Shown piece after piece: positions 17,321 through 26,064 of a stretch of DNA of 64,000 bases. A model generated the notes under the pieces. It was not told where the DNA came from, searched no databases, and saw only the letters and a program-made list of their open reading frames with translations. The position numbers and the translations under genes were made by a program. The DNA is taken from positions 20,893 to 84,892 of the forward strand of contig CAVPLH010000009.1 of assembly GCA_963705955.1 (NCBI GenBank), read 5' to 3'. The stretch's first letter is position 1. Each line of letters begins with the position of its first letter. This DNA comes from an uncultured Solirubrobacterales bacterium (lineage in GTDB: Bacteria > Actinomycetota > Thermoleophilia > Solirubrobacterales > 70-9).

Positions 17321-18088
17321 TCAATCGGAGAGCGGCGGCGGCGGGTCCATTCCCCAGCTGCTCATCCCCTGCTCGATCCGCTCGATCACGGCGTTCACGA
17401 CCCTGACCCGGGCGTAGCGCTTCGACTCCGCCTCGACCAGGACCCACGGTGCGCTCGGCTGATCGGTCCGCGCCAGCATGTCCTCGATCGCCTCCGCGTA
17501 GGCGCCGCGGTGCTCGCGGTTTCGCCAATCCTCCTCGGTCAGCTTCCACGATTTCAAGGGGTCCTGCTCGCGGCTGCGAAACCGTTTCAGCTGCTCCTCG
17601 GCGGAGATGTGGAGCCAGAACTTGACCAGGATCATCCCCTCGTCGGCGAGCGTCCGCTCGAAGCTGTTGATCTCGTCGTAGGCGCGCAGCCACTGCTCGC
17701 GCTCGGCGAAGCCCTCGACCCGTTCGACCAGCACCCGTCCGTACCAGCTGCGGTCGAAGACCGCCATCCCTCCCCAGCCGGGGAGCTTCGGCCAGAACCG
17801 CCGGAGGAAGTGGTGACGCGCCTCGTCCGGGGTCGGCGCCGCGAACTGGGCGACGCGGACATGGCGAGGGTCGAGCGGCCCGACGAGCCGTTTGATCGCG
17901 CCCCCCTTTCCCGATGCGTCCCAGCCCTCGAAGGCGACGCAGACCGGAGGGCCGATCCGCTTCGGCTCGATCAGCCCTCCGAGCGTGAGGCGGAGCTGGG
18001 CGAGCCTCGCCCCTGCCTTCTCGAGCTGGCGCTTCTCGTCCTGCTTCGACAGCGACTTGGTCAGATCGAGCTGATCGAGGCGGCCCAC
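17321..18088 (-). CDS. ppk2: polyphosphate kinase 2 family protein (single PPK2 domain)
   Basis: 255-aa ORF with GTG start. Motifs: FEGWDASGKGG (Walker A-like), FDRSWYGRV, WKLTEEDW. Confidence 0.88.
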   Translation of the reverse strand: MGRLDQLDLTKSLSKQDEKRQLEKAGARLAQLRLTLGGLIEPKRIGPPVCVAFEGWDASGKGGAIKRLVGPLDPRHVRVAQFAAPTPDEARHHFLRRFWPKLPGWGGMAVFDRSWYGRVLVERVEGFAEREQWLRAYDEINSFERTLADEGMILVKFWLHISAEEQLKRFRSREQDPLKSWKLTEEDWRNREHRGAYAEAIEDMLARTDQPSAPWVLVEAESKRYARVRVVNAVIERIEQGMSSWGMDPPPPLSD

Positions 18089-18103
18089 GAGGAAAACCTA
18101 TCG

Positions 18104-18370
18104 TCAGCCGCCGCCGAGGCCGGGGATCCCCGAGCCGCCGGTGCTGTTGTCGATCACGAAGCCACCGACCGCGAACAGGATCAGCAGGATCCCGGCGATC
18201 ACGAGGATCGGCATCCGGGCCGACTGACCCCAGGCCCCGACGATGAACCCGAGCGCGAGCAGGAAGAGATACGGCGCCAGGTCGGACGCCGACCGCGCCA
18301 CCCCGGCCAGCGCAGCGACCGTGTTCGCAACCGTGAGCACGACGCCATTCTCCCTATCATCGGCCGGCAT
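18104..18370 (-). CDS. small membrane protein, 88 aa
   Basis: Two hydrophobic segments and a Gly-rich C-terminus. Its ATG (18370-18368) overlaps the ATG of the divergent ATPase gene within CATG. Confidence 0.5.
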   Translation of the reverse strand: MPADDRENGVVLTVANTVAALAGVARSASDLAPYLFLLALGFIVGAWGQSARMPILVIAGILLILFAVGGFVIDNSTGGSGIPGLGGG

Positions 18371-19310
18371 GGACTCGGTCGCACAGACGAGGGAGTCGCT
18401 GGAGGCGGTCGGCTATCTCGCCGACGAGCCCGCCGCGCTCGTCGCCTACCTGGCCCAGCAGCTCGGCAAGCCGGTTCTCGTCGAGGGCCCCGCGGGGGTC
18501 GGAAAGACGGAGCTCGCGAAGGCGATCTCACGCGCCACCGGTCGCTCGTTGATCCGGCTGCAGTGCTACGAGGGCCTCGACGAGGCGAAAGCGCTCTATG
18601 AGTGGAACTACCGCAAGCAGCTGCTGAAGATCCAGGCGTCGACCGCCGAGGAGCAACGCGGCGGCGGCCCGAGCATCGGCGTCGGGCGCGACACCGAGCA
18701 GCCCTCCGGCGACGAGCTGAACGAGATCTTCGCCGAGGAGTTCCTGCTCACCCGGCCGTTGCTCGAGGCGATCGCCTCGACCGAGCCGGTGGTTTTGCTG
18801 ATCGACGAGATCGACAAGACCGACCAGGAGTTCGAGGCGATGCTGCTCGAGGTGCTCTCGGACTTTCAGATCTCGATTCCCGAGCTCGGCGTGATCGAGG
18901 CGCGCACGCACCCGATCGTCGTCCTCACCTCGAACAACTCCCGCGAACTGACCGAGGCGCTGAAGCGGCGCTGCCTGTACCTGTGGCTCGATTACCCGGA
19001 GGTCGAGCGAGAGATGGCGATCGTTCGCCTGCACGCCCCGGAGCTCGACGAGCGGCTCGCGCGGCGGCTGGTCGAGGTGATCCACATGGTCCGACAGCTC
19101 GACCTCAAGAAGCCGCCCTCGATCGCCGAGTCGATCGATTGGGCCCGCGCGCTGCTGCTGCTCGGCGCCGACGAGATCGACCGCTCGATGTTCGAGCGCA
19201 CGATGAGCATCATCGTCAAGCACCGGACGGACATCGACCTGGTCGCCGAGCGCGTCGGAGTGCAGCTCGGAGCGCCGCCGGAGCTCGGGGCGGGGGCGGG
19301 AACTGGATGA
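18369..19310 (+). CDS. MoxR-like AAA+ ATPase (CoxD-like)
   Basis: In-frame ATG at 18369. Walker A GPAGVGKTELAKA, Walker B VLLIDEIDK, and LTSNN...L..AL.RRC. Confidence 0.88.
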   Translation: MDSVAQTRESLEAVGYLADEPAALVAYLAQQLGKPVLVEGPAGVGKTELAKAISRATGRSLIRLQCYEGLDEAKALYEWNYRKQLLKIQASTAEEQRGGGPSIGVGRDTEQPSGDELNEIFAEEFLLTRPLLEAIASTEPVVLLIDEIDKTDQEFEAMLLEVLSDFQISIPELGVIEARTHPIVVLTSNNSRELTEALKRRCLYLWLDYPEVEREMAIVRLHAPELDERLARRLVEVIHMVRQLDLKKPPSIAESIDWARALLLLGADEIDRSMFERTMSIIVKHRTDIDLVAERVGVQLGAPPELGAGAGTG

Positions 19311-19424
19311 AGGTTGCAGCTGGCAGCTGGCAGGACTGCAGACAGACCTGGCAGCTGGCAGGGGACTGCTCCGAACCGGCTGGAAGCAGTCCCTGCAAGC
19401 TGCAAGCTGCAAGCTGCCGACCGC
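19311..19424 (+). repeat. intercistronic (GCAGCTG)n nested inverted-repeat element, copy A
   Basis: Components: GCAGCTGGCAGCTGGCAGG (19316-34); CTGGCAGCTGGCAGG (19348-62); inner 9-bp hairpin GGGACTGCT/AGCAGTCCC (19362-70 / 19385-93); CCTGCAAGCTGCAAGCTGCAAGCTGCC (19392-418), complementary to the first arm at 17 of 19 positions. Confidence 0.8.
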
Positions 19425-20801
19425 ATGACCCCCACACGGGAGGCCCTCCCCCCCGGCTTCGCCCCCCGCATCGTCGCCTTCTGCGAGGAGCTGCGCAGCG
19501 AGGGCGTCGCCGTCGGCACCTCCGAGCTGCTCGACGCGTTCGCCGCCCTCGACGCCGTCGCCTGGACCGACCCGGACGACTTCCGCGAGGCGCTGGCGGC
19601 GACGATCGCCAAGTCGCAGGAGGATCGCCGGGTCTTCGAGTTGCTCTTCGAGCGCTACTTCTTCCGCGCCGCCGAGTCGGAGGCGCTGGAGCGCGAGGTT
19701 CGCGAGGAGCGCCGCTACGACGGCGGCGAGCAGCTCGACCTCGAGCAGCTGCGCGAGGCGATCCGGGAGGCGATCGCCCAGGGCCGCGATGGTGAGATGC
19801 GCGACGCTGCGCGGCTCGCGATCGCGGCCTTCGGTCGGCGCGGCGAGGGCTCCGGGGTGGTCGGCGTCGACGTGCAGCGGATCCGGCGCACGCTCGGGCT
19901 GCAGGTCAGCGGGCGCGAGCAGGAGGGCGAGGGACCGCCGCTGGAGCGCGAGCAGATCCAGGCCTTCGAGCGCCACCTGCGCCGCGAGCTCGAGCGGGCG
20001 TTGATCGAACGGACCCGGAAGATGCCCCCCTCGCGACCACTGGCCGAGCTCGATCGCGCCCTGCCGACGAGCCCGACGCAGGATCTGGCCGCCGTGCATC
20101 GCGCGGTCGCCCAGCTCAAACGCCGCTTGGCGACGCTCGGTCACGAGCAACGCGGGCGCAGGCGTGCCGCGACCGTCGACATGCGCCGGACGATGCGCGC
20201 CTCACTGGAGACGGGCGGCGTGCCGCTTCGCCTTCGCTACCGGCCGAAGCGACCCCGCCGTCCGGAGATCTACGTGCTCTGCGACGTTTCGACCTCGGTC
20301 ACCTCGGCGAGCGTCTTCTTCCTCTCGGTCCTGCACGCGCTCCACGACTCGTTCCGCAAGCTGCGCAGCTTCGTGTTCATCGAGCGGATCTCGGAGGTCA
20401 CCGAGGTGTTCGAGCGCGAGCGCGACTTTCGCGCGATCTCGGAGAAGATCAGCCGCGAGGGCGGGGTGGCGGACGTCTCCGGATACACGGACTACGGGCG
20501 AGTCTGGCTCGAGTTCATCGACGAGATCTCCGAGGACCTCGACCCGCGCTCGACCGTGATCGTGCTCGGCGACGCCCGCACGAACGGGCGCGAGCCGCAC
20601 GCCGAGGTGTTCGCGCAGATCGCCGAGCGCGCCGGCCGGACCTTCTGGCTCAACCCCGAGCCGCGGCTCTACTGGAACTACGGCGACTCGGTGATGGCCG
20701 CCTACGAGCGCCATTGCACGGCGGCGTTCGAGTGCTGGACCACCAAGCACCTCGAGGACTTCGTCAACGTCGTCGCCGGCGGCACCCCGGCGGTCGAGTA
20801 G
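19425..20801 (+). CDS. VWA domain protein (CoxE-like), partner of the MoxR ATPase
   Basis: ATG at 19425 (MTPTREALPPGF...). MIDAS-like VLCDVSTSV, later VIVLGDARTNG and FWLNPEP. The 37 upstream codons in the track cross the repeat element. Confidence 0.85.
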   Translation: MTPTREALPPGFAPRIVAFCEELRSEGVAVGTSELLDAFAALDAVAWTDPDDFREALAATIAKSQEDRRVFELLFERYFFRAAESEALEREVREERRYDGGEQLDLEQLREAIREAIAQGRDGEMRDAARLAIAAFGRRGEGSGVVGVDVQRIRRTLGLQVSGREQEGEGPPLEREQIQAFERHLRRELERALIERTRKMPPSRPLAELDRALPTSPTQDLAAVHRAVAQLKRRLATLGHEQRGRRRAATVDMRRTMRASLETGGVPLRLRYRPKRPRRPEIYVLCDVSTSVTSASVFFLSVLHALHDSFRKLRSFVFIERISEVTEVFERERDFRAISEKISREGGVADVSGYTDYGRVWLEFIDEISEDLDPRSTVIVLGDARTNGREPHAEVFAQIAERAGRTFWLNPEPRLYWNYGDSVMAAYERHCTAAFECWTTKHLEDFVNVVAGGTPAVE

Positions 20802-20857
20802 CCGGCGCTGGTCGCGGCAGGAGCCCCTCAGGGGTAGACTCGGCGTCAGGACGACAT

Positions 20858-20953
20858 CAGGGGGGCTCGCGGGAAGCGGGCTGAGATAGCGCCTCGTAAT
20901 GACCCCCCGGCGCTGACCCTTCGAACCTGTGCGGTAATGCGCGCGGAGGGAGC
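20858..20953 (+). promoter_or_regulatory. TPP (THI-box) riboswitch
   Basis: GGGGGGCUCGC...GCUGAGAUAGCGCC...ACCCUUCGAACCUGUGCGGUAAUGCGCGCGGAGGGAG matches the conserved THI elements (GGGG.GC, CUGAGA, ACCCUU.GAACCUG, .UAAUGC...GGGA). The 3' end contains the SD (GGAGGGAG) just before ATG 20954. Confidence 0.85.
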
Positions 20954-21772
20954 ATGCAGACGACAGCCGAGGCTCCCGCGGAGAAGCCTCAGACACCACA
21001 AGCGCCGACCGGACCGGCGCCCCCGATCGAGGTCTCGGGCCTCGGTCACGGCTTCGGCGACCTCGACGTCCTCGCGGACCTCGACCTGCGGGTCGGCGGC
21101 TCCGAGGTCGTCGGCCTGGTCGGCCCCTCGGGCTGCGGCAAGTCGACCCTGCTCGAGCTGATCGCGGGCCTGACCGCGCAGCGAACCGGACGGATCGCGG
21201 TCGGAGGCGCGTCGGCTCCGGGCGAGCGGCTGACGCGCTGCGCCTACATGCCGCAGCGCGATCTGCTGCTCCCGTGGCTCTCGGCGATCGACAACGCAGG
21301 GCTCGCGCTACGCAACCGTGGGTCCTCGCGGGCCGAGGCTCGTCACGAGGCGGCGCCGCTGTTCGAGCGCTTCGGCCTCGCGGGCTTCGAACGCAGCCGG
21401 CCGGGCGAGCTCTCGGGCGGGATGCGCCAGCGGGTCGCGTTCCTGCGGACGCTGCTGGCCGGAAAGCCCTGTCTGCTGCTCGACGAGCCGTTCGCCTCTC
21501 TCGACGCGATCACCCGCGCCGAGCTGCAGGAGTGGCTCGCCACGGCGCTCGGCGACGAGCGCCGGACGACGCTGCTGGTCACCCACGATGTCGAGGAAGC
21601 GCTCTACCTCTGCGACCGGGTCGTCGTCCTCTCGCGCCGGCCGGGCCGCGTGATCGCCGAGCTGGCAGCGCCGGGGCCGCGCCGAACGCCGCGTTTCGAG
21701 GCGGTCACCTCGCCCGGGTTCACGGCCGCCCGCGAGCGCGCTCTCGAGGCGCTGACCGAGGGCATGCGATGA
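20954..21772 (+). CDS. ABC transporter ATP-binding protein (NitT/TauT family; ThiZ-like)
   Basis: Walker A GPSGCGKST, signature LSGGMRQRV, Walker B LLLDEPFASLD. Confidence 0.9.
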   Translation: MQTTAEAPAEKPQTPQAPTGPAPPIEVSGLGHGFGDLDVLADLDLRVGGSEVVGLVGPSGCGKSTLLELIAGLTAQRTGRIAVGGASAPGERLTRCAYMPQRDLLLPWLSAIDNAGLALRNRGSSRAEARHEAAPLFERFGLAGFERSRPGELSGGMRQRVAFLRTLLAGKPCLLLDEPFASLDAITRAELQEWLATALGDERRTTLLVTHDVEEALYLCDRVVVLSRRPGRVIAELAAPGPRRTPRFEAVTSPGFTAARERALEALTEGMR

Positions 21773-22542
21773 GGCGCTGGCTGCTGCCGATCGCGGTGAT
21801 CGCCGGCCTGCTCGTCGTCTGGCAGCTCGCGGCGAGCTGGGACCTGATCGCGAACGCGCTCGACATCGAGCCGTTTCTCGTCCCCGCTCCGAGCGACATC
21901 GCCGATTCGCTGATCGACGACCGCGCCTTGCTGCTCGACAACGCCTGGGTGACGGCTCAGGAGGTCCTGCTCGGATTCGCGATCGCAGCCGTCTGCGGGT
22001 TCGCGTTCGCAATCGCACTCCATCTCTCGGATCTGCTGCGGCGCGCCTTCTACCCCCTGCTCGTCGCCTCGCAGACGGTCCCCGTGATCGCGATCGCCCC
22101 GATCCTCGTCGTCTGGCTCGGCTTCGGTATGGGGCCGAAGCTCGCGATCATCGCCCTCGTCTGCTTCTTCCCGATCACCGTGAACACGCTCGACGGCTTG
22201 CGCTCGGTCGACCCCGAGCTGCCGCGGATGATGCGGACCCTGGACGCGAGCCGGGGACAGACCCTGCGACGGGTCGAGATCCCGTCGGCGCTGCCGTTCC
22301 TGCTCAGCGGGGCGAAGATCGCAGCCGTCATCTCGGTGATCGGCGCGGTCTTCGGTGAGTGGTCGGGCGCCGACGAGGGCCTCGGGCACCTGATCCTCGT
22401 CGCTCAGGGCCAGGTCCAGACGGCCCGGGTGTTCGCCGCCGTCGCCGTGCTCTCGGCGCTTGCGCTGATCCTGTTCGGTGCCCTCGCCCTGATCGAACGG
22501 CGGATCGCCTGGTGGCAGCCGCGGCGCACGCGGCTCGGATGA
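21769..22542 (+). CDS. ABC transporter permease (ThiX-like)
   Basis: ATG at 21769 overlaps the upstream stop (ATGA). Six hydrophobic segments, MRRWLLPIAVIAGLLVVWQL... Confidence 0.88.
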   Translation: MRRWLLPIAVIAGLLVVWQLAASWDLIANALDIEPFLVPAPSDIADSLIDDRALLLDNAWVTAQEVLLGFAIAAVCGFAFAIALHLSDLLRRAFYPLLVASQTVPVIAIAPILVVWLGFGMGPKLAIIALVCFFPITVNTLDGLRSVDPELPRMMRTLDASRGQTLRRVEIPSALPFLLSGAKIAAVISVIGAVFGEWSGADEGLGHLILVAQGQVQTARVFAAVAVLSALALILFGALALIERRIAWWQPRRTRLG

Positions 22543-23572
22543 CGGCTCGGGCCGGAGACCCACCGCTCGCCGCCGCGGCGCCCTGCTGATCGCGATCGGG
22601 GTGCTCGCCGCCGCGGTCCAGCTCGCCGGCTGCGGGGAAAAGCAGGAGACCGTACGGCGAGACGCAGGCGTTCACCGTCGCGCTCGACTTCTACGTCAAC
22701 CCCGACCACGCCGGGATCTATACGGCGCTCGACCGGGGCTACTTCGAGCAGGCCGGGCTCGCGGTCGATCCGACCGTGCCCTCCGACCCCTCGGCGCCGA
22801 TCCGCGAGGTCGCCGCCGGGCGCGTCGATCTCGCGATCTCCTACGAGCCCGAGGTGCTGCTCGCGCACGACCAGGGGCTGCCCGTGAAGGCCGTCGGCGC
22901 GCTCGTCGATCGCCCCTTGACCTCGCTGATCTCGCTGCCCGAGGCCGGAATCGCCACCGTCTCGGATCTGCGCGGCAAGACGATCGCCACCGCCGGCATC
23001 CCCTACCAGGCGGACTTCCTCGACGAGATCCTCTCGAGGCGGGGAATGTCGCTCGACGACGTCACCCAGGTCGACGTCGGGCTCAACCTGCTTCCGGCGG
23101 TGCTCTCGGGGCGCGCCGACGCGATGCTCGGCGGGTTCCGCAACATCGAGGGCGTCGATCTCGCCGAACGCGGTCGCGACCCGCGCGTCGTCCCGGTCGA
23201 TCGGATCGGGATTCCGACCTACGACGAGCTCGTCCTGGTCGCGAGCTCGGACCGGATCGCCGACGACCCCGAGCCGATCCGCCGTCTTCATCGCCGCGCT
23301 CGAGCGCGGTACGCGCGCCGCCGCGGCGGATCCGGCCGCGGCGACGCAGGCGATCCTCGACGCGGGCAACGGCCTCGACCCGAAGCTGACCGGAGCCGAG
23401 GTCGAGGCGACCCTGCCGCTGTTGCTCTCGCGGCGAACCTCGCAGCCCTACGGATACATGGACCCGAGCGAATGGGAACGTTTCGCCGGCGTTCTTCGCC
23501 GATCGCGGCCTGATCTCCGACCGGCCGAGCGCCGACGAGCTGCTCACCGACGACCTGCTGCCGGACCGCTAG
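22539..23572 (+). pseudogene. NMT1/THI5-like ABC substrate-binding lipoprotein (ThiY-like) broken by about four 1-nt indels
   Basis: Pieces in four frames: MTARAGDP (ATG 22539, ATGA overlap with the permease stop); ...RRRGALLIAIGVLAAAVQLAGCGEKQE (lipobox); PYGETQAFTVALDFYVNPDHAGIY...SYEPEVLLAHDQGLPVKAVGAL...IADDPEPIRR; FIAALERGTRAAAADPAAATQAILDAG...YGYMDPSEWERFAG; FFADRGLISDRPSADELLTDDLLPDR* (stop 23570-72). Span length is 3n+2. Confidence 0.75.
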
Positions 23573-23607
23573 GCCGGTCTCGAGGGTGCAGATCAGGCGA
23601 TGACGGG

Positions 23608-24540
23608 TCAGGGGACCCGGCGAAGCGGCGGGCTCTGGGCGACAGCGCCGTGCCAGCGGACGAGCGCGAACGAGCCCGCGAGGCCGCGGAACGGGGCATA
23701 CGGAGCGAAGTACTCCTCGACCTCGTCGACGGTCGCGCGCCGGCCGAGCCCGGCGAGGACGCCGACCAGCTTGACGTAGGCGAGGTCACCGGCCGGCAAC
23801 GAGTCGGGGTCGCCGCGGCCGGCGAAGCCGAGCACCTGCAGGGTCCAGGGACCGATCCCACTGATCCGCGCGAGGCGCCGGTCGTCGGCCGTCTCGGCGG
23901 GGTCGACACGCCCGGCGGCGACCTCACGGGCGCATCGGATGATCGCGATCGCGCGCGAGGGAGCGAGGTCGAACGCGGCGAGCTCGGCGGGTGCCCGGGC
24001 GGCGATCGACGCCGCGTCGGGGACGTCGCGCAGGGGCCCGGGGCCGCGCCAGGCGCCGTCGTCGGAGGGCTCGAGCCGGGTGCCCCATCGGCGGACGATC
24101 CGTCGTTGGATCTCGGCGGCCCTCGACGCTTCGATCAGCTGCTCGGTGACCGCCCAGGCGAGCGCCTCCCAGGGCCAGGGCCGGCGCCTGGGCCGGTGCC
24201 AGGGGCGGTGATGGAGCGCCTCGCCGATCAGCGGGTCGCCGCGGAAGGCGCGCGCGAACTCGGTCAGGTCGTCGTCGACGCCGAGCGCGAAGCGCATCCG
24301 CGCCACCGCGAGCTCGAGGCGATCGGGGTCGGATCCGGGCTCGGCCGGCGCCGCTCGCAGCACCACCCGTTCGCGCTCGGGTTGCCAGGCGTGAACGACC
24401 ACCCGCCCCGCCCCCGTTTCGAGCAGCCGCGAGACGACCGCGCCACGCCGGCGCGCGACACCGTCGCCGCCCAGCCGCGCCCGCATCAGGAAGGGCCATC
24501 GAGGGCGTACCTCGACCTCCAGCACCCGGGGGCGTGGCAT
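23608..24540 (-). CDS. DNA-3-methyladenine glycosylase II-like (HhH-GPD superfamily, AlkA type)
   Basis: 310-aa ORF. The HhH-GPD region is ISGIGPWTLQVLGFAGRGDPDSLPAGDLA. Confidence 0.8.
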   Translation of the reverse strand: MPRPRVLEVEVRPRWPFLMRARLGGDGVARRRGAVVSRLLETGAGRVVVHAWQPERERVVLRAAPAEPGSDPDRLELAVARMRFALGVDDDLTEFARAFRGDPLIGEALHHRPWHRPRRRPWPWEALAWAVTEQLIEASRAAEIQRRIVRRWGTRLEPSDDGAWRGPGPLRDVPDAASIAARAPAELAAFDLAPSRAIAIIRCAREVAAGRVDPAETADDRRLARISGIGPWTLQVLGFAGRGDPDSLPAGDLAYVKLVGVLAGLGRRATVDEVEEYFAPYAPFRGLAGSFALVRWHGAVAQSPPLRRVP

Positions 24541-24544
24541 CGGT

Positions 24545-24874
24545 TTACCTGTCGCCGAGCACGTGCACGTCGACGAGGAACGAGCGGCTCGCGACGACGT
24601 TCACCGGGCGCTGCTTCGGCCGCGAGCGCTTCGCCGGCCGGCGGCCCGAGGAGCCGCGGGTGGCACGAACGACCGCCACCGTCGCCGCGCCGGCGACCAA
24701 TCCGCCTGCGGCGGCGAGCGCCGCGGTGCGGACGTCACCGCGCCAGACCGAGATCTCGGATGGCTCCTCGACCCGGGCCGGGAGCGGGCGGGCCGCAGCG
24801 TCGATCGCGTCCCCGTCGTCGAGTGCCGGCATCTCCACCGCCTCCGTCTCCAGGAGCTCCTCCCGCATCCCCAC
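24545..24874 (-). CDS. hypothetical single-TM protein
   Basis: 109-aa ORF with GTG start directly after the upstream stop. One hydrophobic segment followed by a basic stretch. No recognised family. Confidence 0.4.
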   Translation of the reverse strand: MGMREELLETEAVEMPALDDGDAIDAAARPLPARVEEPSEISVWRGDVRTAALAAAGGLVAGAATVAVVRATRGSSGRRPAKRSRPKQRPVNVVASRSFLVDVHVLGDR

Positions 24875-26056
24875 CTACTCTACGTGCTTGTCAAGCGGCA
24901 ACCCGTAGATCCGGTAGCGCTGGACGATCGTCCCGCCCATTCCCTCCATCGCACGGTTCATCGCCTCGTTGGTCTCCAGGATCCAGCCCATGTGGCCGCC
25001 CTGCGGCCCCGGCCCGGCGGCCATCTCCCTGTGACGCTCGTAGAGTGCCGCGGCGACACCGAGGTGCTGGTAGTCGTGCTTGACGCCGAGCGCGAACACC
25101 CGTAGCCGGTCGATGTAGCGCTTGCGGCGCAGGAAGTGCCACCAGCCGAACGGGAACAGCCGCCCGTTCATCCGTGCGAGCGCCTGCTCGACGTCGGGAA
25201 GCGTCAGGGCCGCTCCGACGACCTCGCCGTCTCGCTCGGCGATCATCGCCCAGTTCTCGTCGAGCACCGGGCGCAGGTTCTTGGCCTGGAACTTGACCTC
25301 GGCCTCGGTGATCGGCACGAACCCCCAGTTGTCGCCCCAGGCCTCGTTGTAGACGTCCATGAACCTCGCCACCTCGGCCTCGAGGTCGCGCTTGCGCATC
25401 GGCCTCACCACGACGCGCTCCTCGCGCGACTTCTCCGCCGCGGCGTGGATCAGCGGATGGAACGAGTCGCCCTCCTTGAGCTCGCCCAGCCACAGCGTCC
25501 ACATCAGCAGGTCGATCGCCTTCGACAGGCCGACCGCCTCGAGGCGCTGCGAGTAGTACGGCGGGTGCCACGGCTCGAGGATCATCGAGGGCTCGTCGAA
25601 GCCCTCGATCAGGATCCCGCACTCGTCGTTCATCGTGAAGTCCATCGGCCCGAGCATCCGCCCGCGGCCGCGCTCCCGCAGCCAGCCGGACGCTGCGTCG
25701 ACCAGCGCCTCGACCACCTCCGGGTCGTCGACCGTGTCGAAGAACCCGAACATCCCGTCGCTGCCGCCCTGGAACTCGTCCCAGCGGGAGTCGATCTGCG
25801 CGCTGATCCGCCCGACGACCTCGCCTCCGCGCTCGGCGAGCATCAGCTGCGCCTCGGCGTGGTCGAACCAGGGGTTCTTGCCCCGGTCGAGGAACTGGCG
25901 GCGCTCGAACCGCAGCGGCGGCACCCACTGCGGGTCGTCGCGGCGCAGGGTGTAGGGAAGCTCGATGAAGCGATTCAGGTCGCCCCGGCCGGCGACCGGG
26001 CGGATCAGGACATCGGCCACGCCGGGCAACGTAGCGGTCGGCGGGGTCTGGGACAC
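24875..26056 (-). CDS. large GNAT-like N-acyltransferase family protein (about 390 aa)
   Basis: 393-aa ORF. The C-terminal half (ERDGEVVGAALTLPD...RVFALGVKHDYQHLGVAAALY...GWILETNEAMNR) looks like an acyl-CoA N-acyltransferase fold. Confidence 0.7.
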   Translation of the reverse strand: MSQTPPTATLPGVADVLIRPVAGRGDLNRFIELPYTLRRDDPQWVPPLRFERRQFLDRGKNPWFDHAEAQLMLAERGGEVVGRISAQIDSRWDEFQGGSDGMFGFFDTVDDPEVVEALVDAASGWLRERGRGRMLGPMDFTMNDECGILIEGFDEPSMILEPWHPPYYSQRLEAVGLSKAIDLLMWTLWLGELKEGDSFHPLIHAAAEKSREERVVVRPMRKRDLEAEVARFMDVYNEAWGDNWGFVPITEAEVKFQAKNLRPVLDENWAMIAERDGEVVGAALTLPDVEQALARMNGRLFPFGWWHFLRRKRYIDRLRVFALGVKHDYQHLGVAAALYERHREMAAGPGPQGGHMGWILETNEAMNRAMEGMGGTIVQRYRIYGLPLDKHVE

Positions 26057-26064
26057 TTCCGGGG

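Noticed and set aside
15611-17406. 435-aa minus (Ser/Pro/Arg-rich) and 502-aa plus (Ser/Ala/Arg-rich) ORFs
   Set aside because: They are frame and strand mirrors of the Ala/Glu/Arg coiled-coil gene. Their composition is what the GCG/CGC/GAG codon repeats give in other frames. One also overlaps glnK.
19314-19424. N-terminal extension of the VWA ORF (MQLAAGRTADRPGSWQGT...) and similar 'SWQLA/ASCQL' peptides at 35.5 kb
   Set aside because: These are translations of the (GCAGCTG)n repeat element. The VWA homology begins at ATG 19425 and the yrbEB homology at ATG 35514.
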